Below, in pieces: positions 47,468-57,874 of a DNA stretch of 64,000 nucleotides (positions within the stretch are counted from its first letter, which is position 1; each line of letters starts with the position of its first letter). The position numbers and the translations under genes were made by a program. The notes below the pieces were generated by a model. The model saw only the letters and a list, made by a program, of their open reading frames with translations. It did not search any database and had not been told where the DNA came from. This DNA comes from Gammaproteobacteria bacterium (lineage in GTDB: Bacteria > Pseudomonadota > Gammaproteobacteria > JAJFKG01), in NCBI GenBank assembly GCA_965116795.1, contig OZ220716.1, positions 330,503-394,502 on the forward strand, read 5' to 3'.

Positions 47468-47657
47468 CTTCAACCTAAAATCCGCAGTTGGATTGATGAC
47501 GAGAAGGATTAGTGTGTAGAAGATCAAGTTGATTTTTAAGATTTTTGGCGCAATCGTACTGCTCCCGTACGGTGAGTACACAAATCTTAAAAATCGGCTT
47601 GAGATTCTATGCAATAAGCCTTCGCAGGCCAATTCAACTGTGGATTTTAGGTTCAAG
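47468..47657 (+). ncRNA. Candidate 190-nt rod-shaped RNA (long imperfect hairpin)
   Basis: 28-bp terminal stem, perfect 14-bp inner stem, six G-U pairs and no A-C pairs on +; TACAAT at 47456-47461. Confidence 0.5.
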
Positions 47658-47768
47658 ACACTGGACAAAAAGATTAAACCGCTGCAATAAATAACAGAGC
47701 AATAGGCGTCCCACAGGATTTATTGTGGATTAACTTATAAATAGCTTACGATATGATTTCATCAATAG

Positions 47769-48206
47769 CTATTCTGTCGATGTCGACGATCCGGCTTGAC
47801 TATTGGTATATGGATTAATACCTTCTACTCCAGCTTCCTGCTTGTTTTCTTTAAACAACGTATAACCTGCCATATCAAAGACACTTGGTAAAAAGATTAA
47901 CGCAGCTGCGATAAAGAACAGTGCAATAGGTGTCCCTACCGGGATTTGCTGTGGGTTATCTTTATGGGCTTTGAATTTAAAGGCTGCCCCAACGGCAAAC
48001 CCCATCCCCATCACATACGACATCGCCATGATCAATTTGGCTAGATTTTGCATCGAACCAGTGATATTGTCAGCAACATCACCTAGCGTTTGGTCTGCTG
48101 CATACGCACTACCAAATACAAAAAAACCAACAGCAATCAACAGGTAGCTAATTGATTTTATCCAGGATAATTTTTTAGCCATGCGGCGTGATGTGATTTG
48201 TTTCAT
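47769..48206 (-). CDS. icmD: IcmD/DotP
   Basis: SYVMGMGFAVGAAFKFKAHKDNPQQIPVGTPIALFFIAAALIFLP. Confidence 0.93.
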   Translation of the reverse strand: MKQITSRRMAKKLSWIKSISYLLIAVGFFVFGSAYAADQTLGDVADNITGSMQNLAKLIMAMSYVMGMGFAVGAAFKFKAHKDNPQQIPVGTPIALFFIAAALIFLPSVFDMAGYTLFKENKQEAGVEGINPYTNSQAGSSTSTE

Positions 48207-48271
48207 GCTAAAGGTAACCCTCTTATTTTCCTCGTTTATTCTAGCAGTTACTGTGCGATATTATAAACTTA

Positions 48272-48817
48272 TCACCAAGAAACGCCAAAGAAATTAGCAA
48301 ACACCGCGGTAGTCGTCCAAAAATTGATTAATAATATACCACCAATCAAATGAGTCACCCCTTTGCCGATTGCCCCTGGCGGATTTCCCGATTGTTTCCC
48401 AATACCCGTTAATATGATGAAGCCGCGTACTACAGCAATAAACCCAATGACTTTGACGAACCAACCGATCAACGTCATGAAATTATTATACATAACGTCT
48501 TCGGTCTTGGCGTATTCCAACAAACTATTGGTATTAAACAAGGTAAAATTCAATATATCGATAGCGGTCGGTAAGTAAATCAGACACGCCCCAAAGATCA
48601 GCATGGCAACTGGCGCAGCAGCATTAGATGTAGTTGCCATCATCGTACGTGCTTCACCATAGACTTTAAGGTAATACAAGGCACGAAAAATGCTCGCCAT
48701 GCCAGCCAGATAGGAAAATGCAAAGATCAGTTTTGATATCTCAAATAAATCAGTTTCCCAAGCATGCATTAATTGCTCGACACTGACTGTTATAAAATTG
48801 GGTAAATCACCATCCAT
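48272..48817 (-). CDS. icmC: IcmC/DotE
   Basis: LKVYGEARTMM; IGFIAVVRG; KGVTHLIGGILLIN. Confidence 0.9.
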   Translation of the reverse strand: MDGDLPNFITVSVEQLMHAWETDLFEISKLIFAFSYLAGMASIFRALYYLKVYGEARTMMATTSNAAAPVAMLIFGACLIYLPTAIDILNFTLFNTNSLLEYAKTEDVMYNNFMTLIGWFVKVIGFIAVVRGFIILTGIGKQSGNPPGAIGKGVTHLIGGILLINFWTTTAVFANFFGVSW

Positions 48818-48914
48818 TATCGATCCTGCTATTAATTGTCTTAGTATTAAGATAATTCATCGAAATAATGTTTGATTGCGATGGTTAACTGTGACATTGC
48901 AACCATTAGACATT

Positions 48915-50027
48915 CTATTGACTTAAAGCATAGCCAAATACAGCGCCTGATCCAGTACGCACAACACCATTATCTACATCAATATCGGTTACTTCACCAT
49001 AACCGGGTACAATATCGCCTTGCGTGACTGTGATCACATTACCTTGTTGAGTCTTCAACCATGCTCTACCTGAAATGATGGCTTGAATGGAATATTGCTT
49101 GCGAGCTTGTTGATTTAAATGAGCAATTTGTCGTTGGCGTTGCTGTGTTTGATTTAATGTCATGACTTGGTGATATAACCCAACCAATGCTTTGCGGATA
49201 GTTGTGGTTGAACCCGTTAACTCAGTATTAACTAAATTCAACTGTTGCTGCATTGCATGAATCTGCTCACTGCGCTGTTGTTGCTGTTGTGCCAATGTAG
49301 TTAACATAGTTTGCAATTGGGTTAATTGCACTTGGATTGCTGATGCTGTTTGTGCTCCCATTTTTTTAGATACATGAGTAGCATCATCAGTGATATGTTC
49401 CAGTGTTGTTAATTTTGCTGATGACGTTGCAGGTGCATTAGTCGATGTAGTTGTTGGCATCGATTGGGTTGTTGCTGCAGGTTGAACAACGGTTATTATT
49501 TTAGACTTAGGCTGTACTGTCTGAGTAACCATTGGCTGTTTAACACTATTCTGAATCGTTAATTCATCACTGGGTGGTTGTGGGCGTTGAATATAACCAG
49601 TAACGTCAAGCCCTTGCTGTTGCTGTACTGGTGGTGGCAATGATGGCGAACTAAACAATTGGGCAAGTTTATAAATACCAAACCCCAAAATTAACATCCC
49701 CAGTAGTACTGGGATCAATAAGCGACGCAGTTTGTCAGTTAAACTGCCTTCAGCTAAGGTGGATTTGATACTTGCAATGAGTCCACCGATTCCAGCTGCT
49801 TTTGCTGGATATGTCGGTTCATCAGCATCACTGGGATGCTCTTCATCTTGATAATTATACAGTTCTTCATCATCAATCGATTCATGCACATAGCCACTCG
49901 ATAACTCATCATCTAGTTCTTCAGCTGTGGATTCATCATCGATGTTATAATCTTCGTCAGTCAGGCCATCAAATAATTCATCATCATTAAAGTTGCTGTC
50001 ATCCTGTTTATGTGGATCGTCTGTCAT
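48915..50027 (-). CDS. icmG: IcmG/DotF
   Basis: Acidic N-terminus, one TM helix, coiled coil and C-terminal IQAIISGRAWL...GYGEV..ID...G.V.TGSG. Start ATG 50027 has a GAGG RBS. Confidence 0.88.
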   Translation of the reverse strand: MTDDPHKQDDSNFNDDELFDGLTDEDYNIDDESTAEELDDELSSGYVHESIDDEELYNYQDEEHPSDADEPTYPAKAAGIGGLIASIKSTLAEGSLTDKLRRLLIPVLLGMLILGFGIYKLAQLFSSPSLPPPVQQQQGLDVTGYIQRPQPPSDELTIQNSVKQPMVTQTVQPKSKIITVVQPAATTQSMPTTTSTNAPATSSAKLTTLEHITDDATHVSKKMGAQTASAIQVQLTQLQTMLTTLAQQQQQRSEQIHAMQQQLNLVNTELTGSTTTIRKALVGLYHQVMTLNQTQQRQRQIAHLNQQARKQYSIQAIISGRAWLKTQQGNVITVTQGDIVPGYGEVTDIDVDNGVVRTGSGAVFGYALSQ

Positions 50028-50034
50028 CGCTGCC

Positions 50035-51303
50035 TCATGAGTGCAATTGACTAGGTGCGGGCGCAGGCACATCACGCATGTATAAAATACCAATACCTGT
50101 ACCTGAATTCACAGTAATCGTTGTTGGCCGATTATACAAGTCAGATACTTCGCTACTGGCTTTGGTACCGACATTACCTAGTGCATATAATAGTTTATCG
50201 GTTGTATTTAAATTTTGCAGCACGCTGGTACTGCCTCCAAAGGTACTATTGACGGTTGTCTGCCCTGATAATGCCACTGCCTGTCCAAGCCCTGACATAA
50301 ATAGCGCAGAAAATAATGCTCCATAACGCAATAAATAGTGATGATCAACATCACTGGCCAATGCGGTACGCGCGGTATTAGGATCAATCGCCACTGCATT
50401 AATGCTAATACTATTTTTATAGTTAGGTAATGTCATGGTATTAAATTGTAATACAACACCTTTGGCATGTTTACCAGCAGCTTGTAAACTGCCTAATAAT
50501 TTTGCCCCTTTGTAAGGTCCCGTTTCAATAGTTGCCATGACTGGGCTTGGTTGATCCGTATTGACTTGTGTTTGCAGTACCCCAAATAAAATTGTACCGG
50601 CTTGTAATAATGGTGCTTTCACGCTAAGCAGATTCCCACTAGCTGCTTGTCCAGTTACATTACCTTGTTGATTAGCTGCTTTATTCGGTACTTCTACATA
50701 TTGCTGTGCCGTTGGATTCCACGAAGACAACAATTGCTTTACCTCCGCTGTCATTGCACTAGGATTGCTTTCAAACCCTAAAATACTATTGTCGTCTTCA
50801 CTGGTAACGTGTGTAGGTAATCTAGGATTAACAACATTTGCATTAACTGACGCAACTCTCGCAGGTTGCGTGTTAGACATTGCTGGTTTGGTTTGTTGTG
50901 CCTTACGAATTAATTGATATAATTGTTGCTGTATCTGTTGTTGCTGATATTGTTGAATATCTTGCCCTTGCAGCGATACTGTTTGATTAAACGGTGTCAC
51001 CAATGCACTACCGCCTTGACGCGCAGCATTCCATACCGCTTGATCATTCGCTTCTTTGATCAACCTAGCACGCTGTTGTGAGACTGTACGCTGTGCTAAT
51101 ACGTCTGGTTCATCGGTAATGCGTGGCGCTGTGGGTAAATTTGCACTCGCTTGATTAACAGTTGCTGATTCATCACCACCTCGCAGACCAACTATTGCTA
51201 AGAACAAACCAAATGTAATGATCCCACCGGTAATAAAAAACAACGTACGTGCTTTTACATTTTTTAACATGCCTGCGATTTGCCGTGATTTACCCATCAT
51301 CAT
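50035..51303 (-). CDS. icmE: IcmE/DotG (VirB10-like), short form
   Basis: C-terminal TrbI domain GTILFGVL..VNTDQPSPVMATI..GPYKGAKLLG...HHYLLRYG...PTTITVNSGTGIGILY; position between icmK and icmG. Confidence 0.9.
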   Translation of the reverse strand: MMMGKSRQIAGMLKNVKARTLFFITGGIITFGLFLAIVGLRGGDESATVNQASANLPTAPRITDEPDVLAQRTVSQQRARLIKEANDQAVWNAARQGGSALVTPFNQTVSLQGQDIQQYQQQQIQQQLYQLIRKAQQTKPAMSNTQPARVASVNANVVNPRLPTHVTSEDDNSILGFESNPSAMTAEVKQLLSSWNPTAQQYVEVPNKAANQQGNVTGQAASGNLLSVKAPLLQAGTILFGVLQTQVNTDQPSPVMATIETGPYKGAKLLGSLQAAGKHAKGVVLQFNTMTLPNYKNSISINAVAIDPNTARTALASDVDHHYLLRYGALFSALFMSGLGQAVALSGQTTVNSTFGGSTSVLQNLNTTDKLLYALGNVGTKASSEVSDLYNRPTTITVNSGTGIGILYMRDVPAPAPSQLHS

Positions 51304-52351
51304 GCAAACCCCGCAAATTTAACTGAGTGGTTTTACCACTACGCTCAACTAATATGATCGGCACCATAGACATGAGATACGCATTGGTACCATCAGCGCT
51401 GGACATTTTAGCTAACCATGCTGGTGACAACACATTATAATGTGTTCGTAAATATACTTTACTACCAACTCGCCATGCTTGTGCGTCACCACCATCAACA
51501 TGCACTGTTTGGCTGTCAGCAGGTGGTACACCATCTAATACACTTAGCAATGTTGGATCAGCACTGCTGGGTAAACGACTTTCTTGAAGCTGTTGACTAT
51601 TAGCATTAGGGCCATAGCCGCTGACGCGCAAATCAACCCGATAATCCACTATACGCTGTCCAGGTACTAACGTTGCCATCACAGGGATCGGTTGATCACG
51701 CAATTTAATCGCGATATTACCATACATATATGGATTCATTGCTTGCACCATTAACGTATTCTTTTTATCCCATTGAATATTAAACGCCTTTGGATTGCCT
51801 AAATCATACGCTTCTATTGGCCAAGGCGCGCCAGTGGAATCGACAAACACCATGGACGTAACAAACCCTTGCGATAAACGAATCACGGGTGGTACTGCGC
51901 CCGGAGACAAATCCACTGCTAATGTTGTTGATGTTGGAGATGGTGGCACGTTTGCTGGTGATTCTGCTGCTTGTTGCGTCTTATCATACATACGGTGCAA
52001 ACGTTTGATTTGCGATGGTGTCATCGGCAATGTATTTTGCAGTATGCTATTGAATGTCGCTTCACGTTGTGCTGCTGCAATTCGCTGTGCTTGATTGGTT
52101 GCTTGTAAAGCAGGTGACGTTATTGGAGCAGCCATCGGTGATGAATTAGTATTACGACTGCTATTCACTGCTGCTTGTGCTAATGCTTGCTGACGTTGTC
52201 GTTCAGCTTGTTGCAATAATTGATAATGTCGATCAGCAGCAGTTTGTGTCGTTGTTTCGGCAATACTAATAGTAGACACAAATGACACTACTACGATCAA
52301 TAGTACATTCAAGTAATAAGTTATTTTTTTATTTTCCAGTTGTATGCGCAT
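51290..52351 (-). CDS. icmK: IcmK/DotH
   Basis: PMTPSQI; VDLSPGAVPPVIRLSQGFVTSMVFVDSTGAPWPI; VDYRVDLRV. Confidence 0.95.
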   Translation of the reverse strand: MRIQLENKKITYYLNVLLIVVVSFVSTISIAETTTQTAADRHYQLLQQAERQRQQALAQAAVNSSRNTNSSPMAAPITSPALQATNQAQRIAAAQREATFNSILQNTLPMTPSQIKRLHRMYDKTQQAAESPANVPPSPTSTTLAVDLSPGAVPPVIRLSQGFVTSMVFVDSTGAPWPIEAYDLGNPKAFNIQWDKKNTLMVQAMNPYMYGNIAIKLRDQPIPVMATLVPGQRIVDYRVDLRVSGYGPNANSQQLQESRLPSSADPTLLSVLDGVPPADSQTVHVDGGDAQAWRVGSKVYLRTHYNVLSPAWLAKMSSADGTNAYLMSMVPIILVERSGKTTQLNLRGLHDDG

Positions 52352-52375
52352 ATTATTTCATTTTATCTATTGTAT

Positions 52376-53002
52376 TTAAGATTGTGCTATGTATCCTACC
52401 ACACCTACACCACGAGGCGAACCTTTGAGCAATGAGACTCGTTCAATAGTCAATGTTACTAATAAATTAACCGAATTGCTGCGTGTACTACTGCGATACG
52501 TCACTACCATCGGCATTTGAATGATCCAGGTATACTTTCCACGTACTTTACCAGATGCTTTCACAACAGGTGCTTGGGTTACTGCTGCATTCACAATTAA
52601 CTTCTCTTTAATTACAGTTTTTAGAATATTCGTTGAATCTAACGCTTTTAAAAACCGTGACCAACCTTCCGGAGTAAAATACGTTTTTTGTGCATAGGTT
52701 AACTGACGACGGTAATTGGTAAAATCAAATGTATAAGCAGCAACAGCCGCATCAGTAGCCCATTGAATGATAGCAGCCGTACTCATATTAGGTTCTGATA
52801 ATGGAGTCAGTTTAATCAAACCACCATCAGCATTAGTGGCAAAATACGTCGGTGCCGGACGATGTGTGGCTAAATACCATATGATAACCATCTGCACGAC
52901 AACAATAGCAATTGCGAATAACAATCCCATCATTATTCTACGATAACCATCATGGTAAAAATCATTGCGTGCTCTGATTTGTTCTAAGGCTACTTTTGCC
53001 AT
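52376..53002 (-). CDS. icmL: IcmL/DotI
   Basis: RNDFYHDGYRR; PTYFAT..DG.LI.L.PL..P; YTFDFTNYR; FT..GW..F. Confidence 0.95.
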   Translation of the reverse strand: MAKVALEQIRARNDFYHDGYRRIMMGLLFAIAIVVVQMVIIWYLATHRPAPTYFATNADGGLIKLTPLSEPNMSTAAIIQWATDAAVAAYTFDFTNYRRQLTYAQKTYFTPEGWSRFLKALDSTNILKTVIKEKLIVNAAVTQAPVVKASGKVRGKYTWIIQMPMVVTYRSSTRSNSVNLLVTLTIERVSLLKGSPRGVGVVGYIAQS

Positions 53003-53011
53003 TGTGTTCCT

Positions 53012-53317
53012 CTACTGCGTTATTGGGCTCGACTGTGTTGATATCTCGTGGTCACTTTCCTGTAATTGCTTACGCGAAGATTGAACGGCTTTTGTTTGTG
53101 TTAACGGCGCTAAGCGAATCACATCACCACGCATTGTTGTCACAAAATAATCTGGCTTTGGTCGTGTGAACAACTGATAACCAATAATAATGATTTGAAC
53201 TAACATGATCACTAATAATATCGGCAAAACACGCGCAGCACGCCGATAATTATCACGGTAAAAAAATACGTGGGCCTTTTCTCGGTCTCTAGCACTGCTT
53301 GACATAATATAACTCAA
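53012..53317 (-). CDS. icmM: IcmM/DotJ
   Basis: FFYRDNYRR, one TM helix, then PDYFVTTMRG; DotI-like small paralogue in the expected position. Confidence 0.8.
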   Translation of the reverse strand: MSYIMSSSARDREKAHVFFYRDNYRRAARVLPILLVIMLVQIIIIGYQLFTRPKPDYFVTTMRGDVIRLAPLTQTKAVQSSRKQLQESDHEISTQSSPITQ

Positions 53318-53340
53318 TACCCCCTTCTACATTAGCAATA

Positions 53341-53868
53341 TTAACGTAAACTACTGTCTATTGGTAATAAGCCAATCACCATTTCTACCTGTTTTGGCCG
53401 TGATAATGATAAATATTGTGTTGTAGGCTCAATAATACCCGTGGTATAGATACCTCTGGCATCAATGTTATGATCCCAGAAATAACCTGCTAATGCACGC
53501 GCATCGTTATGGGCTAATTGTTGCGCTTGACTCGCATCATTTGTTTGTTGACGAACACCTGATATACGCACCCACGTTTTTGGAATTGGTCTTAACCAAT
53601 TAGCCACATCTTGCAATATCATTCGCTGTTTTAAGATTACTTTATTTTGCTTCTCAGTATAAAAATCTGATACTTGGAAAATAAATACTAAGTTAGTGCC
53701 AACAGTAAACCAACGTAATCCCGCCCGATGCCATTGATCAAATTTAGCTTGCTGTTCTATTTGCTGTTGCTGCTGTTTCGCTATATCTTCTAAAGACATA
53801 TTATTATCAGTCTTGGCATAGGCTAACGTCGATAGACTTAGCAAGATCATCAGCAAACATTGATACAT
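53341..53868 (-). CDS. icmN: IcmN/DotK (OmpA-like domain)
   Basis: Position between icmO and icmM; AQQLAHNDARALAGYFWDHNI OmpA-like segment. Confidence 0.65.
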   Translation of the reverse strand: MYQCLLMILLSLSTLAYAKTDNNMSLEDIAKQQQQQIEQQAKFDQWHRAGLRWFTVGTNLVFIFQVSDFYTEKQNKVILKQRMILQDVANWLRPIPKTWVRISGVRQQTNDASQAQQLAHNDARALAGYFWDHNIDARGIYTTGIIEPTTQYLSLSRPKQVEMVIGLLPIDSSLR

Positions 53869-56243
53869 TAACTTTTTCCTTTATTATCTTTTTCTTTCTG
53901 CTTGTGTTCTTGCACTTTACGTGCAACACCGTCAGCAATTGCATAAGCAACACTCGCTAATTCAGCACCACTTGGAACATCTGTCACATTCGGAGGATAA
54001 TGAGTTGCTGTTTGCATATCTTTTGATAGCTCAGCAGCAACCATGCTTGCCGCATCTGCTGTTTTACCGCTAATTCGTTCAATTGATTCAATCTGTTCAA
54101 CCGTCACATCAGCTTGCAGAATAGGTTTTGCAAATTCATTCATATCCTTAGCTAACAAATTAATTAATACATTCTTCTGTTTACGCAAACCAGTAAAAAT
54201 ATTCATTTCATCTGAATTAGTTAATTCTTTTGGTACCTGTGGCCGTGCAGCACGATGGCGATTATGATAGTCAAGTAATGCATTCACACCTTTTTGAATT
54301 AAGTTATGTTTATCATCACTATGGTAGCCAGTAGCGACTGCTGTGATCTCTTGAGCAGGGTCAATAACTTGTTCAAATAAGGCAGGCTGTCCAACTAATT
54401 CATCAAACCGCGCAAACCGATCTTCTAATCCTTCTAATACTTCATCTTTAGGCGGTTCAACGCGTAACAATTGATTCAAGCGCATTCGCTTTACAGCCGG
54501 TGGATTAGCAAAAAATGTTTTCGCTCTAACAATGCGTGATTTAAAGAAAATATGTGCTTCACCCAAACCTTGATCTTTTAAATCTAATAAATCAATACGC
54601 GCACGTTTTTCATAAGATGAACTGCGAGTATCTTGGTACGTATTGGTAATACTATCCATATCCGTTTGGAAATGATCAACCTTAGTCACAAATGCTTCAC
54701 CGGCAGTTTTTTGAAAGAATTCCCATGTCTCCAGTGGATCTTCTAATTTCATGCAAATTTTAATGTTGGTATTCGCACCAATTGACATGGCTTCTTCTTT
54801 AGAGACTTTTTGAAACGCCGGTAAATCTTGTCCTGCGAAAATTGCCGAAAACCCCAGTGAGCGTGCCTGTGCAGGCACCACAGCAAACCCCTCAACCGCA
54901 TAATAACCATATTCATCTAAGATACACATATAGGGTGTTTCCGCATTAGTCGGTTTACGCAAAATTAAATCACGATAATCCCCTTCAACTTCACTGCCTA
55001 AACCAGATGCCATCATTGCTTTTAACGTTGCAATAATCACCTTTCCTAAGTTAGATAGTTCATCTGGTGATTTTTCCAATGCCGGTAGTAATACCGCTAA
55101 AATACGTCGATTTAAAATAACATCGTGCAAATCAACTTCTGCCAAATTTGTTCTTAAGATATGACCATATGTATCTGCTAATGAAGTAAATGCACGAGTT
55201 AATTGCATAATAATAAAGCCATGCTGTTCTTGACATTGATTAGTTTGTTTACCTTTCTTGGCTGAATCAAAACTAAACCCTGGCAAACTGGCACAATAAT
55301 ATTGTATCGGTTCTACTGAAATTGGTGGTGAATCAGTAATATCAATAGGCTCTTGATTATAGCGCGGCAACTTCTTATCAATAACAATGTCTTCTAATTT
55401 ATCTAAGGTAAAATAATAACGAATAGTATTAGCATCCAACAGAACATAACCTTGATCACGCACATAGGTTAATAACTTCATTAATGCTTCAACAAATGAA
55501 ATTGCGCGTCCTTTCCACATGTCACCATCTGATGATGATGATGACGAATCCATTAAACTTACTATTAGGTTAGTTAACATGCTAGACGAACCGTCTGCAA
55601 ATGGATTTAAGGTATTAGATAAACGTGTTTTTTGTGGGCCAATTACATCACGAGCGCCTGTCATGAAGTTGATTGTCAACAAATCATCTTCACGTCCCAT
55701 GCGCCGTGCCATTGAAAAAATCTTAGAAAATAAACTATTATCCCCTTTACCATCTACATAGATAAAACCACTACCTTGTACTAACGCATTAAATGCAAGC
55801 GAACATAACGCTTCTGTTTTACCCGCACCAGTGGAACCAAAGATTAACACATGGGTACGCATGTCTTCGTTGCTAAACCACAACTCTTCATTATTAACTT
55901 TATCATTGCCGAAAAAGCAGATCCCTTGTGATAGTCTTGGCTTATTTTCCGTACCAGGTTTGATATCGTTGTAATCAGGGATATGTGCACGTAATGGTAA
56001 TTTAAAGGGTAAAGCAACTCGACGATTATGCTTTAATATAAATAAAATAACACCTAATGTAATTAAGATATCGGCTAGCGCACGCACAAAAAAACTAGCA
56101 AATGCTAACAGTACTAAGGCAACTGTTACCCCTAGTGGATCACTGATAAAGTCGCTAATGCGCTGCCCAAGTGTACGAGTGTCACGTAATAACAAGCGCG
56201 GATCTTGTTCTTGATGCTGTTCAACACCACGTAAAACTGTCAT
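53868..56243 (-). CDS. icmO: IcmO/DotL coupling protein
   Basis: QDPRLLLRDTRT; GSTGAGKT; VDGKGD; LDEYGYY; QARSLG. Confidence 0.96.
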   Translation of the reverse strand: MTVLRGVEQHQEQDPRLLLRDTRTLGQRISDFISDPLGVTVALVLLAFASFFVRALADILITLGVILFILKHNRRVALPFKLPLRAHIPDYNDIKPGTENKPRLSQGICFFGNDKVNNEELWFSNEDMRTHVLIFGSTGAGKTEALCSLAFNALVQGSGFIYVDGKGDNSLFSKIFSMARRMGREDDLLTINFMTGARDVIGPQKTRLSNTLNPFADGSSSMLTNLIVSLMDSSSSSSDGDMWKGRAISFVEALMKLLTYVRDQGYVLLDANTIRYYFTLDKLEDIVIDKKLPRYNQEPIDITDSPPISVEPIQYYCASLPGFSFDSAKKGKQTNQCQEQHGFIIMQLTRAFTSLADTYGHILRTNLAEVDLHDVILNRRILAVLLPALEKSPDELSNLGKVIIATLKAMMASGLGSEVEGDYRDLILRKPTNAETPYMCILDEYGYYAVEGFAVVPAQARSLGFSAIFAGQDLPAFQKVSKEEAMSIGANTNIKICMKLEDPLETWEFFQKTAGEAFVTKVDHFQTDMDSITNTYQDTRSSSYEKRARIDLLDLKDQGLGEAHIFFKSRIVRAKTFFANPPAVKRMRLNQLLRVEPPKDEVLEGLEDRFARFDELVGQPALFEQVIDPAQEITAVATGYHSDDKHNLIQKGVNALLDYHNRHRAARPQVPKELTNSDEMNIFTGLRKQKNVLINLLAKDMNEFAKPILQADVTVEQIESIERISGKTADAASMVAAELSKDMQTATHYPPNVTDVPSGAELASVAYAIADGVARKVQEHKQKEKDNKGKS

Positions 56244-57463
56244 TACCCTTCCCCTTCGGTCGCTGGTGCAATAACAACATTTTCATCTTCTTGAACTAGT
56301 GGTGGCGCAAGTGCTTTTGGGGTTTCTGGATGCTCATTATCTATATAAATAATTGTTTCTAAGGCAAGCGCAAGCCCACATGTTGCCTCGGCAATCATTG
56401 GTGCACGTAGCTGTTTACCCATTGCTCTTTCAGCTAACCAATGTGCAAATGGCCCAGCCACTTCACAAAACGCCGTACACCTACCAACATTATTCAACAT
56501 ATACCACAGCATTCTATCCACGGGTTTTAACCACAAAAATTCAGCAGATGCTAATACTCCTGCATCACGTGCAGCATGTAACATCGATGCCATGACCGTT
56601 AATTCATAAGCGTGCCCTTGAGTAATTTTCATCACGATTCCATTGTCGCGATATTGACTTAGTAAATCATCTACACCACTAAAATCTAACTGCCCTGTCA
56701 TTGCTGACGATGCGATTTGCTGTAACAATTGTTTAGCATCATCAATGTCATAACTAATACGTGCAGCAAAAATTGCAAACAATGCTTTAGTATGTATCGC
56801 TAAATTATCAATACCCATCCATGGCTTACCAAGTTGGCTAGCAAATACCGTATTTGCCTTATTTTCAATTAATTTCATTGTTTGTGGTAAGCTATGTGAC
56901 TTGTATTTAAGTTTCGATTCAACTTGATGCAGTGTGATTAATTTATGTTTTTTAACAAATTGCAGTGGCGTTAATGCCATTGCCCATTTACCACTATCAA
57001 TATCTTCCTCAACTAAATTAAGTGACACAACTGGTGTAATTTGTGGCCAATTCACACGCTCAGTTTGCACAAGCTTTTCCATGCTATACGTTGATTTAAA
57101 CTTTGACCGAATATCACTAACATAAACTAATACTGCCAAACCCAATAATAACAGTGCTCCTGGTATACGAAAATAAGTCCCTACAGCAGACGCAACTATT
57201 CCCACTTGACCAATGGTCACTACATTCGGATCAGCTTGCAGGATCCAAGCATGCACAGAATCAAGTTGATTAGTAAATAAACTGATTAACCAAATTTCTG
57301 CTCGCTTGAAATAAAAAATACCACTAATGATTTCAGCTCGAAATAGATACCAAATAGCACAGCCAAGGATGAAAACAGCAAACAAGATCCACAGAAAGCC
57401 CATGTGATTATCTTTAGCGCCACCGCCACCGCCGCCCTGTGATTGTTGTCCTGCTCCTGCCAT
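56243..57463 (-). CDS. icmP: IcmP/DotM
   Basis: NWPQITPVV..NL...W.MALTP..F; HAYELTVMASML..AR..GVL.SAEFLWLKPVDRMLWY.LN.VGR. Confidence 0.95.
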   Translation of the reverse strand: MAGAGQQSQGGGGGGAKDNHMGFLWILFAVFILGCAIWYLFRAEIISGIFYFKRAEIWLISLFTNQLDSVHAWILQADPNVVTIGQVGIVASAVGTYFRIPGALLLLGLAVLVYVSDIRSKFKSTYSMEKLVQTERVNWPQITPVVSLNLVEEDIDSGKWAMALTPLQFVKKHKLITLHQVESKLKYKSHSLPQTMKLIENKANTVFASQLGKPWMGIDNLAIHTKALFAIFAARISYDIDDAKQLLQQIASSAMTGQLDFSGVDDLLSQYRDNGIVMKITQGHAYELTVMASMLHAARDAGVLASAEFLWLKPVDRMLWYMLNNVGRCTAFCEVAGPFAHWLAERAMGKQLRAPMIAEATCGLALALETIIYIDNEHPETPKALAPPLVQEDENVVIAPATEGEG

Positions 57464-57809
57464 TAATTAACTCTTCTATTTGCCGCATTGCTAAATGCGG
57501 TAAGTATAGTCATACCAATAAGATTAAATGCAATTTTGCATTATGCTAAACATTCACTAAAAATGGAAGGAATAAACCTAAAGCCATTCTTGGTTTACAT
57601 TATAGTGGCTAACACGAGCAACCACCTAACTATTTGCTTGTGTTTTGAATGAGCAATTTGGTTAAGTGAGCGCAATCTGAAAAGCAATATAAAAAAGTAA
57701 CTACTCAGCTGATCGCTATCTTTAGCGAAAAACGTCAGTTTTGAGTGGAGGTTGCCAGAAAACATCCGCCAAAGATGGCATTTTCCTTAATAGAGCTTAA
57801 GTAATTACC

Positions 57810-57842
57810 AAAAAGAAAGCGGCCTCATAAAAGAGGCCGCTT
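57810..57842 (-). terminator. Intrinsic terminator of the porin gene
   Basis: aagcggcctc/gaggccgctt 10-bp stem followed by a U-tract on the minus strand. Confidence 0.85.
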
Positions 57843-57874
57843 AACCATTAACTACTCTGACGTAGCATTATGTA

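Noticed and set aside
47468-47657. Firm call as 6S RNA
   Set aside because: The ends (cttcaacc/ggttcaag) resemble a 6S hairpin sequence, but their position and the lack of a large central bubble do not match; a covariance-model search is needed.
47465-47668. 67-aa minus-strand ORF between icmD and icmJ
   Set aside because: It coincides with the long hairpin, starts at an alternative codon and has no motif; a non-coding explanation fits better.
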